Assembly (NCBI GenBank): GCA_030603665.1 | Contig: JAUVXJ010000013.1 | Span: 23,910-87,909 of the forward strand | From: Chloroflexota bacterium | Lineage (GTDB): Bacteria > Chloroflexota > Anaerolineae > UBA7937 > B3-Chlor | Length of the DNA stretch: 64,000 nt | Direction: 5' to 3' | In this document: positions 17,533 through 26,702 of the stretch, one piece after another | How positions within the stretch are numbered: position 1 is the first letter of the stretch | How the letters are laid out: each line of letters starts with the position of its first letter | The notes under the pieces: model-generated | What the model saw: the letters and a program-made list of their open reading frames with translations, nothing else | Told to the model about the DNA's origin: nothing | Database searches by the model: none | Made by a program: the position numbers and the translations under genes

Positions 17533-18090
17533 GTGCTAGTAGACCGCATCATCGGAGCGTTCACCTTCCGCAAGGGAGTCTATGCGGAAGTCGAGCAGGA
17601 TGCCGCGTTCTCCACCACTGCGTGGATCCTCGTCGTCGTGGTGGCGTTTTTCAACCAGCTTGGGGCAGCTGCATCCCCAAACCTCACAGGATGGCTGATT
17701 GGCGCGGCGGTGGGCACAGTCATTGCAGTCGTCGCTTTCGCCCTGGGCGCCTTCGTTGTCAACCTGGTGGGGCGCGCGGCATATAACGCCGAAGTGAACT
17801 TCGACGAGATGGTTCGCACCCTGGGACTGGCCTACGTCTGGCAAATCGTGGGAGCCATCGGCATCGTGGCCGCCTTCTCACCCGCCCTATCCGGCGTGAC
17901 GACTCTTGCAGTCGCTGTGGCCGCGGTATTGGGGCTCATCGCCTGGCTCGTGGCGACGAAGGAAGCGCTGGATCTAGCGTGGCTTCATACCATCGTGACC
18001 GTGATCATCGGCTGGCTGGTATTCGCGTCCATCGTGGTAGCAGGCAACATAGTGCTGTCGAACCTGGGCCTCGGTGTGCCTGTGGTGTGA
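17533..18090 (+). CDS. Yip1-family integral membrane protein
   Basis: It has about 5 TM helices with the characteristic N-terminal region (GVYAEVEQD...). It is 185 aa and carries an upstream RBS ggagg. Confidence 0.55.
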   Translation: MLVDRIIGAFTFRKGVYAEVEQDAAFSTTAWILVVVVAFFNQLGAAASPNLTGWLIGAAVGTVIAVVAFALGAFVVNLVGRAAYNAEVNFDEMVRTLGLAYVWQIVGAIGIVAAFSPALSGVTTLAVAVAAVLGLIAWLVATKEALDLAWLHTIVTVIIGWLVFASIVVAGNIVLSNLGLGVPVV

Positions 18091-18200
18091 GGGCTCCTCG
18101 CGTATCCAGGTCCTGACAGCAATTAGTCAACACCCGCGCCGAGGGCCAGCGGCAGGCGCGGAAAGCGGCCATCTCTGCCCTCATCACTCTTCATGGTCTT

Positions 18201-19373
18201 TCACCTGCGATTGCCCCCTGCACTTCTCGCTGCCTTTCGCTGGCGCTGCAGAAGGTATTTCGGCATTCTGGGAATCAGCCACCTGAGATACCGCTCGTAG
18301 GTCCACTGCGCAGTAGCCACTCTGGCGAAGTTGTCGATCACGTCCTGGCTACCAGCGAGTAGCTTGAACAAGACCCCGGGGAAGCGGTGCATCAACCTGG
18401 CCAGGAGCAGCGAGTACCGCAAGTTAGCCCCGAACTCCTCCTCACAGATCGTCTGGTATTCTCGCAGCGCTTCAGAATCGCCGCTGGAGGACAACGAATC
18501 ACCTATCACCTTTACCGCATTCTGGCCCGAGCGGATGGCGTAGGCGATGCCCTCCCCCGTGAAGGAATCCAGAAGCCCGGCGGCGTCCCCCGCCAGCAGG
18601 ATCCGTCGGCTGGCCAGGGTCCGCCTGATCCCTCCCGCGGGAATCATGTGTCCTGTCATCCTGTGATTTGGATCGAAGCCCCGGTCGCGAAGGAACCCGG
18701 CCATGATTCTCCTGGGCCTGTGCAGCGAACTGGCCAGCCCACCGATGCCCACTGAGCGGTACTCACCGTGGGGGAAGACCCAGCCATAGCCCATGCCCCC
18801 GATGCCGAAGTGGATATCGATGGCGTCCTGGGGATACTCCTGTGAGGTGCCTTCGTTCTGGATCTCCGCGACCAGGCAGACACCGTATTCGTCCTTCCGG
18901 TCTCTGCTGCGGATTCCGTGCTGAAGTGTCCCCTGCGCACCCTCGGCGACGATCACGAACGTTGCTTCGTAGGCCCCCTGGTCGGTGAAGACCTCCACAG
19001 CGTTCTCCTTCTCCTCCAGTCCCCTGACCCTCTCGCCCATGCGCGCGGTGATGCCGCTTTGCCGTGCCTTTTCCAATAGAAGAGCGTCGAAAGCGCTCCT
19101 GCTCACCATGACAGCCAGTGGATTCTCGCCCCGGGCCTCGATGGATCTGCCCTCATAGTGGACTCTCATCGCGAAGATGGTCGCTTCACGCAGGTGAGCG
19201 GGGAGATCGAAATCGAGATAGGACAGCGCCTGCTCCGTGACGGCGCCCCCGCAGGCTTTGTACCTGGGGAACTGCTCCTTCTCCAGCAGCAGGGTCTCCA
19301 AACCCAGATTCCCTGCCAGCCTGGCGGCAGACGAGCCAGCTGGACCACCGCCCACGACGATCAGGTCGAACAT
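18201..19373 (-). CDS. Geranylgeranyl reductase family FAD-dependent oxidoreductase
   Basis: The N-terminus is MFDLIVVGGGPAGSSAARLAG. It has a C-terminal helical domain typical of ChlP or archaeal GGR-like enzymes. Confidence 0.7.
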   Translation of the reverse strand: MFDLIVVGGGPAGSSAARLAGNLGLETLLLEKEQFPRYKACGGAVTEQALSYLDFDLPAHLREATIFAMRVHYEGRSIEARGENPLAVMVSRSAFDALLLEKARQSGITARMGERVRGLEEKENAVEVFTDQGAYEATFVIVAEGAQGTLQHGIRSRDRKDEYGVCLVAEIQNEGTSQEYPQDAIDIHFGIGGMGYGWVFPHGEYRSVGIGGLASSLHRPRRIMAGFLRDRGFDPNHRMTGHMIPAGGIRRTLASRRILLAGDAAGLLDSFTGEGIAYAIRSGQNAVKVIGDSLSSSGDSEALREYQTICEEEFGANLRYSLLLARLMHRFPGVLFKLLAGSQDVIDNFARVATAQWTYERYLRWLIPRMPKYLLQRQRKAARSAGGNRR

Positions 19374-19665
19374 CCTGCCCTCTCCGCTCTGAGGTTAGCC
19401 AAGGAGCGTCTTCACGTCAAGTCCTCGTCAACTCAGAGCATACGTGCGCCACACAGAAGGCGCTGCCGAATCGTTCCTTGGATACGACCTACGGTGTGCT
19501 CAGGATGTGTGCGGCCGCGTGCAGATCCCGAATACCAGCTGTCTCCGCTTCGAAGTCTCGTTCCGCCGTGTCCTTGTCGTCCGCTGGGGCTTGCATTTCG
19601 GAACACGCGAGCGTACATTGTGGCGGGCTAGGAGACGCCACAGACCAGGAAGTTTGGAGGGCCAC

Positions 19666-20403
19666 ATGCCACCAGAGAGGAGCGAACAGAAGCCAGCACC
19701 CAGCGTGGAAGAGGACCCCACTTACTTCGAGCTGCACGCCTACACCGGTGCCACCAAGCACATGGGAGGCCTGAGAACGACCAAGGAGCTGATAGAGCTG
19801 TGCGGCATAGACGAAGGGACCTACGTGCTGGAAATCGGCTGCGGCGTCGGTGCCACGGCCTGCTACATGGCCAAAGAGATCGGGTGCCGTGTCTTGGGCG
19901 TGGACATCCGCCCCAGCATGATCGAGCGGGCCAAGGAAAGGGCAGCTAGAGAACATGTGGAGGACAGGTTAGAGTTCAGGGTGGCCGACGCCACGGACCT
20001 ACCCTTCGAGGACGGCCTTTTCGACGCCGCCCTGGTGGAGTCGGTGACCACCTTCATTGAGGACAAGACCGCGGCCATCCAAGAGTACGCGCGGGTCCTC
20101 AAGCCGGGCGGCTGCGCGGGGCTCAACGAGGAGATTTGGCTGAAGACGCCACCTCCAGAGGAGATCGTCGACTACGCCGCCAAGACCTGGGACATCCACA
20201 CTGAGATCGTCACGCTTGACCGCTGGGTGGAACTCCTCGAAGCCTCCGGCCTGGAGATCACCCTCGCCAGCCCGCGCACCTTCGGCGTCATGACCAACGT
20301 CAGCGAGCTGGCACGGTACGGCTGCCGGGATTTCCTCACCCTGCTCTGGCGCACGACGAAGCTGTACTTCACTAGCGCCCCCTTCAGGCAGGGCAGTACA
20401 TGA
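19666..20403 (+). CDS. Class I SAM-dependent methyltransferase
   Basis: It carries motif I, VLEIGCGVGATACYMA. The acidic post-I residue and motif II (LEFRVADATDLPFEDGLFDAAL) are present. The start was chosen at MPPERSEQ. Confidence 0.7.
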   Translation: MPPERSEQKPAPSVEEDPTYFELHAYTGATKHMGGLRTTKELIELCGIDEGTYVLEIGCGVGATACYMAKEIGCRVLGVDIRPSMIERAKERAAREHVEDRLEFRVADATDLPFEDGLFDAALVESVTTFIEDKTAAIQEYARVLKPGGCAGLNEEIWLKTPPPEEIVDYAAKTWDIHTEIVTLDRWVELLEASGLEITLASPRTFGVMTNVSELARYGCRDFLTLLWRTTKLYFTSAPFRQGST

Positions 20404-20585
20404 GGAAGCGGGGCCGCCTGCCCAGGGGCATCTGGGACTACCTGGGGTATGCACTCCTCGTGGGCCGCAAGTAGCGAACAAGTAAGTTCGCCTCCCCAAT
20501 ATCGCGCGAAACCAACAGGCGAGGGAATGAACTCCCCCGCTAGGGTCGACAGGTCCCTCCGGGAGTCAACTCCTCCATGACACCC

Positions 20586-20614
20586 TTGCGAAAAGCCACC
20601 TCAGGTGATATACT
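20586..20614 (+). promoter_or_regulatory. Candidate sigma70-type promoter for mrfA (TTGCGA-17 nt-TATACT)
   Basis: TTGCGA lies at 20586-20591. A 17-nt spacer precedes TATACT at 20609-20614, about 37 nt upstream of the GTG start. GAGG lies about 7 nt before the start. Confidence 0.4.
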
Positions 20615-20650
20615 GAACATCAGTTCTATTCCTCCGATTCGAGGCCAAGT

Positions 20651-22918
20651 GTGAAGCTTAGCCAGGTTCTCACCCAGATGCAGGCCACCCCGAAGCTTCG
20701 GGACCACGTCACCGCCTGGAAGGTCACGCCCCGCTCCGAGGGAACCTTTGCCGACTTCCCTGTCAGTGTCGACCCGCGCCTGGTCAGCGTCCTGCGCGAG
20801 CGAGGCATCGAGCGCCTCTTCACCCACCAAAGGGAGGCCATCGAGGCCGTGCTCCAGGGCGAAAACGTGGTCGTGGTCACGCCCACCGCCTCGGGCAAGA
20901 CACTGTGCTACAACGTCCCCATCCTCAACTCCCTGCTGGAGAACTCCGAGTCCCGGGCCATGTATCTCTTTCCCACCAAGGCCCTCTCCCAGGATCAGCT
21001 GGACGAGCTCCACGGGCTGATCACCGATCTCGGTGTAGACATCAAGACCTACACCTACGACGGCGACACCCCGGTCAACGCCAGAAAGGCCATCCGCGCC
21101 GCCGGGCACGTGGTGATCACCAACCCCGACATGCTGCACACCGGCATCCTCCCCCACCACACCAAGTGGGTCAAGCTCTTCGAGAATCTCCAGTACGTGG
21201 TCATCGACGAAGTCCACCAATACCGCGGCGTCTTCGGCAGCCACTTGGCCAACGTCATCCGCAGGCTGAAGCGCATCTGTCAGTGGTACGGCGCCGATCC
21301 CACCTTCGTCCTCTGCTCCGCCACCATCGCCAATCCGGACGAACTGGCCCGTAGGCTCATCGAGGAGGACGTGCGCCTCATTGACACCGACGGCTCGCCC
21401 AAGGGGGAGAAGCACTTCGTCTTCTACAACCCTCCAGTGGTGAACAAGGAGCTGGGCATCCGCCGCTCCTCGGTCCACGAGGCCCGCTCCATGGCCAGGA
21501 ACTTCCTGCTCAACGACGTGCAGACTATCGTCTTCGCCCGCCGCCGCAAGACGGTGGAGGTGCTCCTTTCCTACCTCCAAGAGGACCTGAAGGGGACGCG
21601 CAGGGGAAGAAAGCAGGTGCGAGGCTATCGCGGAGGATATCTTCCCCAGGAGCGCAGGGAGATCGAAAAAGGGCTTCGCGAAGGAAAGGTGCGGGGCGTG
21701 GTGGCCACCAACGCCCTGGAGCTGGGCATAGACATCGGCGCTCTAGACGCCTGTGTGATCACCGGGTATCCCGGTACGATAACGAGCACCTGGCAGCAGG
21801 CCGGTCGCGCCGGCCGCCGGGCCGACGTCTCCTGCGCCGTCCTCGTCGCCAGTTCGTCGCCATTGGACCAGTACATCGTCACCCACCCGGAGTATTTCTT
21901 TGCACAGCCGCCGGAGCACGCTCTGGTCAATCCCGACAACCTGCTCATCCTCTTGAGCCACATCAAATGCGCTGCCTTCGAGCTGCCCTTCCAAGAAGGT
22001 GAGCCGTACGGTGGACAATCCATCGATCAGATCCTTCAATTCCTGGAAGAGCAAGGCATCCTCCACAAGGCGGGAGACACCTACCACTGGAGCGCCGACG
22101 CGTACCCTGCAGGGGAGATTAGCCTCCGCACCGCAGCCCGCGACAACTTCGTGATCATCGACACCTCTGGCAGCGAGCCCCGCGTTATCGGGGAGGTGGA
22201 TAGCTTCAGCGCCCCCACCACGGTCCACGAAGATGCCATCTACATCCACCAGGGAGAGCAGTATCAGATCGACACGCTGGATTGGGAAGGGAAGAAGGCC
22301 TACGCCACCCACGTGGACGTCGACTACTACACGCAGGCCAGCCTGGCCGTCGAGGTGAGGGTCATAGATGAGTTCCAGGCGGAGCGCATCCAAAGATGCG
22401 ACAAGGCCCACGGAGAGGTCCTCCTCTCCGCCCTGGCTACCATCTACAAGAAGATCAAGCTGTGGACCCACGAGAATATCGGCTGGGGGGACGTGCGGCT
22501 CCCTGAGCAAGAGATGCAAACCACCGCCTACTGGCTCAGCTTCCCAGAAGAATTGACGGCGACCTTCAAGGCCTCCGACGTGGAAAGCGGGCTGGTGGGG
22601 CTCTCCAACGTCCTGGCCAACGTCGCCCCCCTCTTTCTGATGTGCGATCCTGGCGACGTTGGTGTGAAGGCCGAGGTGCGCTCCCCTCACACCAAGAAAG
22701 CCACCATCTTCATCTACGACCGGGTACCAGCGGGCATAGGCTTCGCCGAGAAATTGTATCGCGTTCATGGCCAGCTTCTGCATGCGGCCGAGCAGTTGAT
22801 CGGCGACTGTGGCTGTCCCACTGGCTGTCCCTCTTGCGTGGGCCCGGAGGACGAAATAGGTACAAGGGGAAAGAGGAACGCCCTCCGCCTGTTGGAGGAA
22901 GCCAGGAAGGACAACTAG
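20651..22918 (+). CDS. mrfA: MrfA/YprA-family DEAD/DEAH-box helicase with a C-terminal DUF1998 zinc domain
   Basis: Helicase motifs are TPTASGKT, VIDEVHQY and QQAGRAGRR. The C-terminal four-Cys cluster is GDCGCPTGCPSC. Confidence 0.8.
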   Translation: MKLSQVLTQMQATPKLRDHVTAWKVTPRSEGTFADFPVSVDPRLVSVLRERGIERLFTHQREAIEAVLQGENVVVVTPTASGKTLCYNVPILNSLLENSESRAMYLFPTKALSQDQLDELHGLITDLGVDIKTYTYDGDTPVNARKAIRAAGHVVITNPDMLHTGILPHHTKWVKLFENLQYVVIDEVHQYRGVFGSHLANVIRRLKRICQWYGADPTFVLCSATIANPDELARRLIEEDVRLIDTDGSPKGEKHFVFYNPPVVNKELGIRRSSVHEARSMARNFLLNDVQTIVFARRRKTVEVLLSYLQEDLKGTRRGRKQVRGYRGGYLPQERREIEKGLREGKVRGVVATNALELGIDIGALDACVITGYPGTITSTWQQAGRAGRRADVSCAVLVASSSPLDQYIVTHPEYFFAQPPEHALVNPDNLLILLSHIKCAAFELPFQEGEPYGGQSIDQILQFLEEQGILHKAGDTYHWSADAYPAGEISLRTAARDNFVIIDTSGSEPRVIGEVDSFSAPTTVHEDAIYIHQGEQYQIDTLDWEGKKAYATHVDVDYYTQASLAVEVRVIDEFQAERIQRCDKAHGEVLLSALATIYKKIKLWTHENIGWGDVRLPEQEMQTTAYWLSFPEELTATFKASDVESGLVGLSNVLANVAPLFLMCDPGDVGVKAEVRSPHTKKATIFIYDRVPAGIGFAEKLYRVHGQLLHAAEQLIGDCGCPTGCPSCVGPEDEIGTRGKRNALRLLEEARKDN

Positions 22919-22958
22919 CATCGCTCAACCTCACAGCAGGCACACAGAGAAGACATCT

Positions 22959-24221
22959 ATGGTCGAGGACCTGCGCCAGCAACTGGAGCGGTTGGTATCG
23001 GGCCGGCTAGGGACCACTCATCTGCAGCGACCAGAGAGGGTGCGCTCCCGACCCATCGAGGAGTTGGTCGGCGGCGAGGTGAGAGAGGCCTCGCACGGCA
23101 CTTGCGTCGTTGTGGATCAGATCTACCCAGCCGGGTACCAGCAAGGACAGGTGGAGATCAGCAGCGCGCTGTCTCACCGTTCGCAGACGGTGGCCGGCAT
23201 AGGTCGCGACCCCGGGCTGGAGGCGCTGGAGCTCCAGAAGAGCGCCTTCCTCGATGTGGAGACTACGGGACTGGCAGGAGGCGCGGGCACCTACGCGTTC
23301 CTGGTGGGCATAGGATGGTTCGATGGGCAGGACTTCCGCCTCCGCCAGGTCTTCATGCGCGACTACGGAGAGGAACCAGCCCTCGTCTCTGCGCTAGAGG
23401 AAACTCTGGAGCCTCTATCAGGCGTAGTCTCCTTCAACGGCAAGGCCTTCGACGTTCCCCTGCTGGAGACCCGTTTCATCATGTCACGGCGGCGCTTCCC
23501 CCTCTCCTCCGCACCACACCTTGACCTCCTGCACATGGCGCGCCGTCTGTGGAGTCTGCGATTGGAGAACTGCCGGCTCTCCAGCCTGGAGACGGAGATC
23601 CTGGGACTCGAACGTCACGGTGACGTGCCCAGCCATCTCGTGCCCCAACTCTACTTCGACTACTTGAGGCACGGCCGCGCGGAGCCACTGGAGGGAGTGT
23701 TCTACCACAACGCTCAGGACATCCTCTCCCTGGCGGCCCTGACCGCGCTCTCATGCACGGTCTATGAGGACCCCCTGAGCCACGAGACGACGTGCGGCGA
23801 AGATCTCTACAGCCTGGGAAGGCTCTATTCCCTCGCTGGGCTGGGTGACCGCGCCGAGATAGCGCTCCGCGCTGCCCTGGATGCACCTATCCCTGAAGAA
23901 CTGAGGTGGCAGACGGTCCACCACCTCTCCTTCCATCTCAAGCGCCAGGGCATGTGGCCAGAGGCCATTGAGCTGTGGCAGTTGGCCATCGAAGAAAATC
24001 ACGGGAGGCTGTACCCTTTCTTGGAGCTGGCCAAGTACTACGAGCACCGAGCCAAGGACTTCCAAACGGCTGAGGCGCTGGTCTTGAGAGCCATGGAACT
24101 CGTACAGGCTTCGGCTGCCAGTCGCGGGACGTGGTGGACCGAGAGGCGGCTGGGGGAGCTGGAGCACCGGCTGCGGCGGGTGCAGCTCAAGAGAGCCCGC
24201 CACGGGGACGGTGAAAGCTGA
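22959..24221 (+). CDS. mrfB: MrfB/YprB-like RNase-H-fold exonuclease with a C-terminal TPR-like domain
   Basis: It has the DnaQ/RNaseH-like motif FLDVETTGL and the later acidic residues. It lies immediately downstream of mrfA, as in Bacillus mrfAB. Confidence 0.65.
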   Translation: MVEDLRQQLERLVSGRLGTTHLQRPERVRSRPIEELVGGEVREASHGTCVVVDQIYPAGYQQGQVEISSALSHRSQTVAGIGRDPGLEALELQKSAFLDVETTGLAGGAGTYAFLVGIGWFDGQDFRLRQVFMRDYGEEPALVSALEETLEPLSGVVSFNGKAFDVPLLETRFIMSRRRFPLSSAPHLDLLHMARRLWSLRLENCRLSSLETEILGLERHGDVPSHLVPQLYFDYLRHGRAEPLEGVFYHNAQDILSLAALTALSCTVYEDPLSHETTCGEDLYSLGRLYSLAGLGDRAEIALRAALDAPIPEELRWQTVHHLSFHLKRQGMWPEAIELWQLAIEENHGRLYPFLELAKYYEHRAKDFQTAEALVLRAMELVQASAASRGTWWTERRLGELEHRLRRVQLKRARHGDGES

Positions 24222-24251
24222 TCGTCTGACGGACGGAGGAGGCCAGACATC

Positions 24252-24806
24252 GTGAGCCAGCAGAAACTACCCTTGTCGTATGAGGAAATCACGGAAGCAG
24301 ATATACCCCAGCTCACAGAAGTGATGACCAGAGCCTTCGACGACGATTCCCAAAAGCACCGGGGACTGGAGCGGGGAGGCCCTGAAGGATACGACAACGG
24401 GGACTTCTTCCGGACGTGGCTCTTTCCGTATGAGCAGAGCGTCGGCTACAAGATTCTCTCGGAAGGTGAACTCATCGGCGGCATCATCGTCTGGATACTG
24501 CCAGAAGGACACAACATCTTGGGAACGATATTCGTCGACCCGGCCTACCAGGACCGTGGGGTGGGAGCGCAAACCTGGCAGTTCATCGAGGCCACCTATC
24601 CTGAGACCAAGAGCTGGCGGCTGGCCACCCCAGATTGGGCAACGAAGAACCACCATTTCTATGCAGAGAAGTGCGGCTTTGAGAAGGTCGACTCGGACCC
24701 CCTGATCCCCGAGCCAGAAGGCAACACCATCTATCGGAAAGAGATGGGCGACACGGCATCCGGTCCGGCGGTATCGCCAGCCCCTGACGTCAGCCTGACT
24801 GACTGA
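24252..24806 (+). CDS. GNAT-family N-acetyltransferase
   Basis: The acetyl-CoA binding motif is VDPAYQDRGVGAQTW. It is 184 aa. Confidence 0.65.
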   Translation: MSQQKLPLSYEEITEADIPQLTEVMTRAFDDDSQKHRGLERGGPEGYDNGDFFRTWLFPYEQSVGYKILSEGELIGGIIVWILPEGHNILGTIFVDPAYQDRGVGAQTWQFIEATYPETKSWRLATPDWATKNHHFYAEKCGFEKVDSDPLIPEPEGNTIYRKEMGDTASGPAVSPAPDVSLTD

Positions 24807-24937
24807 CGGCGTCACCTGGCGTCATACCCCTGCCTGTCAGGTGGAGCGCCAGCGAGCTCGTCCAGGCTGAGTAGGAATCAGTCTCACGTCAGAAGTTGCG
24901 TCCGCACTGGAACCCCCATCAATACCCAGGAGTGCTC

Positions 24938-26035
24938 ATGCCTGAGAAACTCAAGGATCTCTTCTTCACCCCCTCGTTTGTCGCCCAACTGGGTAATGCC
25001 ATCCAGCAAGTCCTCCCCAACTTCGACAAAGCGAACTTGAACGATCTCGTATTCGACGCCGGCTGGGAGACCAGAGAGCTGAAAGAGAGGATGCGCCACA
25101 TCACTGAGTGCCTGCATGAGACGCTGAACAAGGAGTACCCCGAGGCGCTAGAGATTCTGCTCAAGGTAGCCCCATCGTTCACTGGTTTCGATTCCATGAT
25201 CTTCCCGGACTACGTAGAGCGGTACGGCTTGGAGCACTGGGACCTGTCCATTCACGCTCTGGCCTTCTTCACCACGTTGTGCAGCTCCGAGTACGCCATC
25301 CGCCCCTTTCTGGACCGGGACCCACAGCGAGCGATGCAGTTTCTGTATGCCTGGGCGGAGGACGAGAACCACCATGTGCGGCGCCTGGCCAGCGAGGGCT
25401 GCCGCCCCAGGCTTCCCTGGGGAATGGCGCTGCCCCAATTCAAGAAAGACCCCAGCCTCATACTGCCGGTTCTGGAGAAACTGAAGGATGACCCGTCGGA
25501 GTACGTGCGCAAGAGCGTCGCCAACAACCTGAACGAGATCTCCAAAGACCACCCGGAATTGGTGCTGGACATCTGTGAGCGTTGGTATGGACACAGCGCA
25601 GACACCGACTGGATAGTCAAACATGCCTGCCGCACTCTGCTGAAAGCAGGCAATAGACGAGCCATGCTGCTCTTTGGCTTCGCGGACCCCACCGAAATCA
25701 GCGTGGAGAACCTGATACTGGATAGAGAAGCCCTCGCCATCGGCGACGACTTGCGTTTCACATTCGATCTCGGAGTTGACACCCCTACCCCCTCCAAGGT
25801 GCGCCTGGAGTACGTCATCGAGTACGTGAGACCGAGGGGCAAGACATCGCGCAAGATATTCCAGCTCAAAGAAGCGAGCTTTGGCCCCGGCAGTCACCCT
25901 ATCTCCAAGAAGCGGTCCTTTGCGGACCAGTCCACCCGAAAGCACTATCCAGGGCAGCACAAGATCTCCGTGATTGTCAACGGCGTGAAGAAGGCGGCGG
26001 CGGCCTTTCGCTTGAGGGAAGCTGCGCCTCATTGA
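24938..26035 (+). CDS. DNA alkylation repair protein (AlkC/AlkD-like HEAT-repeat glycosylase family)
   Basis: HHVRRLASEGCRPRLPWGMALPQF and later HEAT-like repeats are typical of PF08713. Confidence 0.6.
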   Translation: MPEKLKDLFFTPSFVAQLGNAIQQVLPNFDKANLNDLVFDAGWETRELKERMRHITECLHETLNKEYPEALEILLKVAPSFTGFDSMIFPDYVERYGLEHWDLSIHALAFFTTLCSSEYAIRPFLDRDPQRAMQFLYAWAEDENHHVRRLASEGCRPRLPWGMALPQFKKDPSLILPVLEKLKDDPSEYVRKSVANNLNEISKDHPELVLDICERWYGHSADTDWIVKHACRTLLKAGNRRAMLLFGFADPTEISVENLILDREALAIGDDLRFTFDLGVDTPTPSKVRLEYVIEYVRPRGKTSRKIFQLKEASFGPGSHPISKKRSFADQSTRKHYPGQHKISVIVNGVKKAAAAFRLREAAPH

Positions 26036-26103
26036 AGGGCGAGATGGCAAGAATCACCGCTCGACAGCCCAAATACGGCGCGCGGTCTGCGCAGAGCAGA
26101 GAT

Positions 26104-26502
26104 ATGCAACGGGAGACAACAAGCGAGAAGACCGTGACCAATAAGACTCAAGAAGTGGCCAACTACCTGGAGGAGCTCGATCCTCAGCGCCGAGCCGCCC
26201 TGACCTAAGTGAGATCGCTGATCCTGGCAACCGTACCGGACGCCCTGGAGAGCGTGAAGTACAAGATGCCCACCTATGACTGCGATGGCGCGATGCTCTG
26301 TGCCTTTACCTCCCAGAAGCGGTACATGAGCCTGTACATGGAGCCGCGCATCGTGGACAGGCACAGGCCAGAGCTCAAGCACCTCAATCTCGGCAAAAGC
26401 TGCATCAGGTTCAAGAGCATCGACCAGCTCCCGCTAGATATCGTCGGCCAGATGCTCGAGGAGACGGTGGAAGCAATAGACGAGGACCAGGCCTCCTCCT
26501 GA
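26104..26502 (+). pseudogene. DUF1801 (YdhG-like) domain gene interrupted by one in-frame TAA (26206-26208)
   Basis: The ATG at 26104 gives MQRETTSEKTVTNKTQEVANYLEELDPQRRAALT*. The same frame continues as VRSLILATVPDALESVKYKMPTYDCDGAMLCAFTSQKRYMSLYMEP..., which is a typical DUF1801 layout. Confidence 0.6.
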
Positions 26503-26702
26503 TTTGCCCATGGGGTCCAGCTGAAACATCGGCCAGTCACTCCCCTACGACCCAGACTGTGGCCAGGCGATGGGGCTGGGTTGCTGCCTGATTCTCCGCA
26601 CCTCACTTCACCACATGCCGGGCTCAGGCTAGCCGTTCGCCGGAGAGCCGGTGTACAATGGCTGCACCGCGCAGGACCCCTGATGCGAGGAGGAGATCAG
26701 CA

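Noticed and set aside
20540-21580. A 346-aa minus-strand ORF, along with 21743-22921, 27378-28133, 42260-42949, 52044-52988, 55276-56280 and 57511-58122.
   Set aside because: These are Gly/Arg/Ala/Pro-rich shadow ORFs antisense to well-supported genes (mrfA, the decarboxylase, the pentapeptide protein, the ABC permease, the GT-C protein and pheT). They are typical of high-GC DNA.
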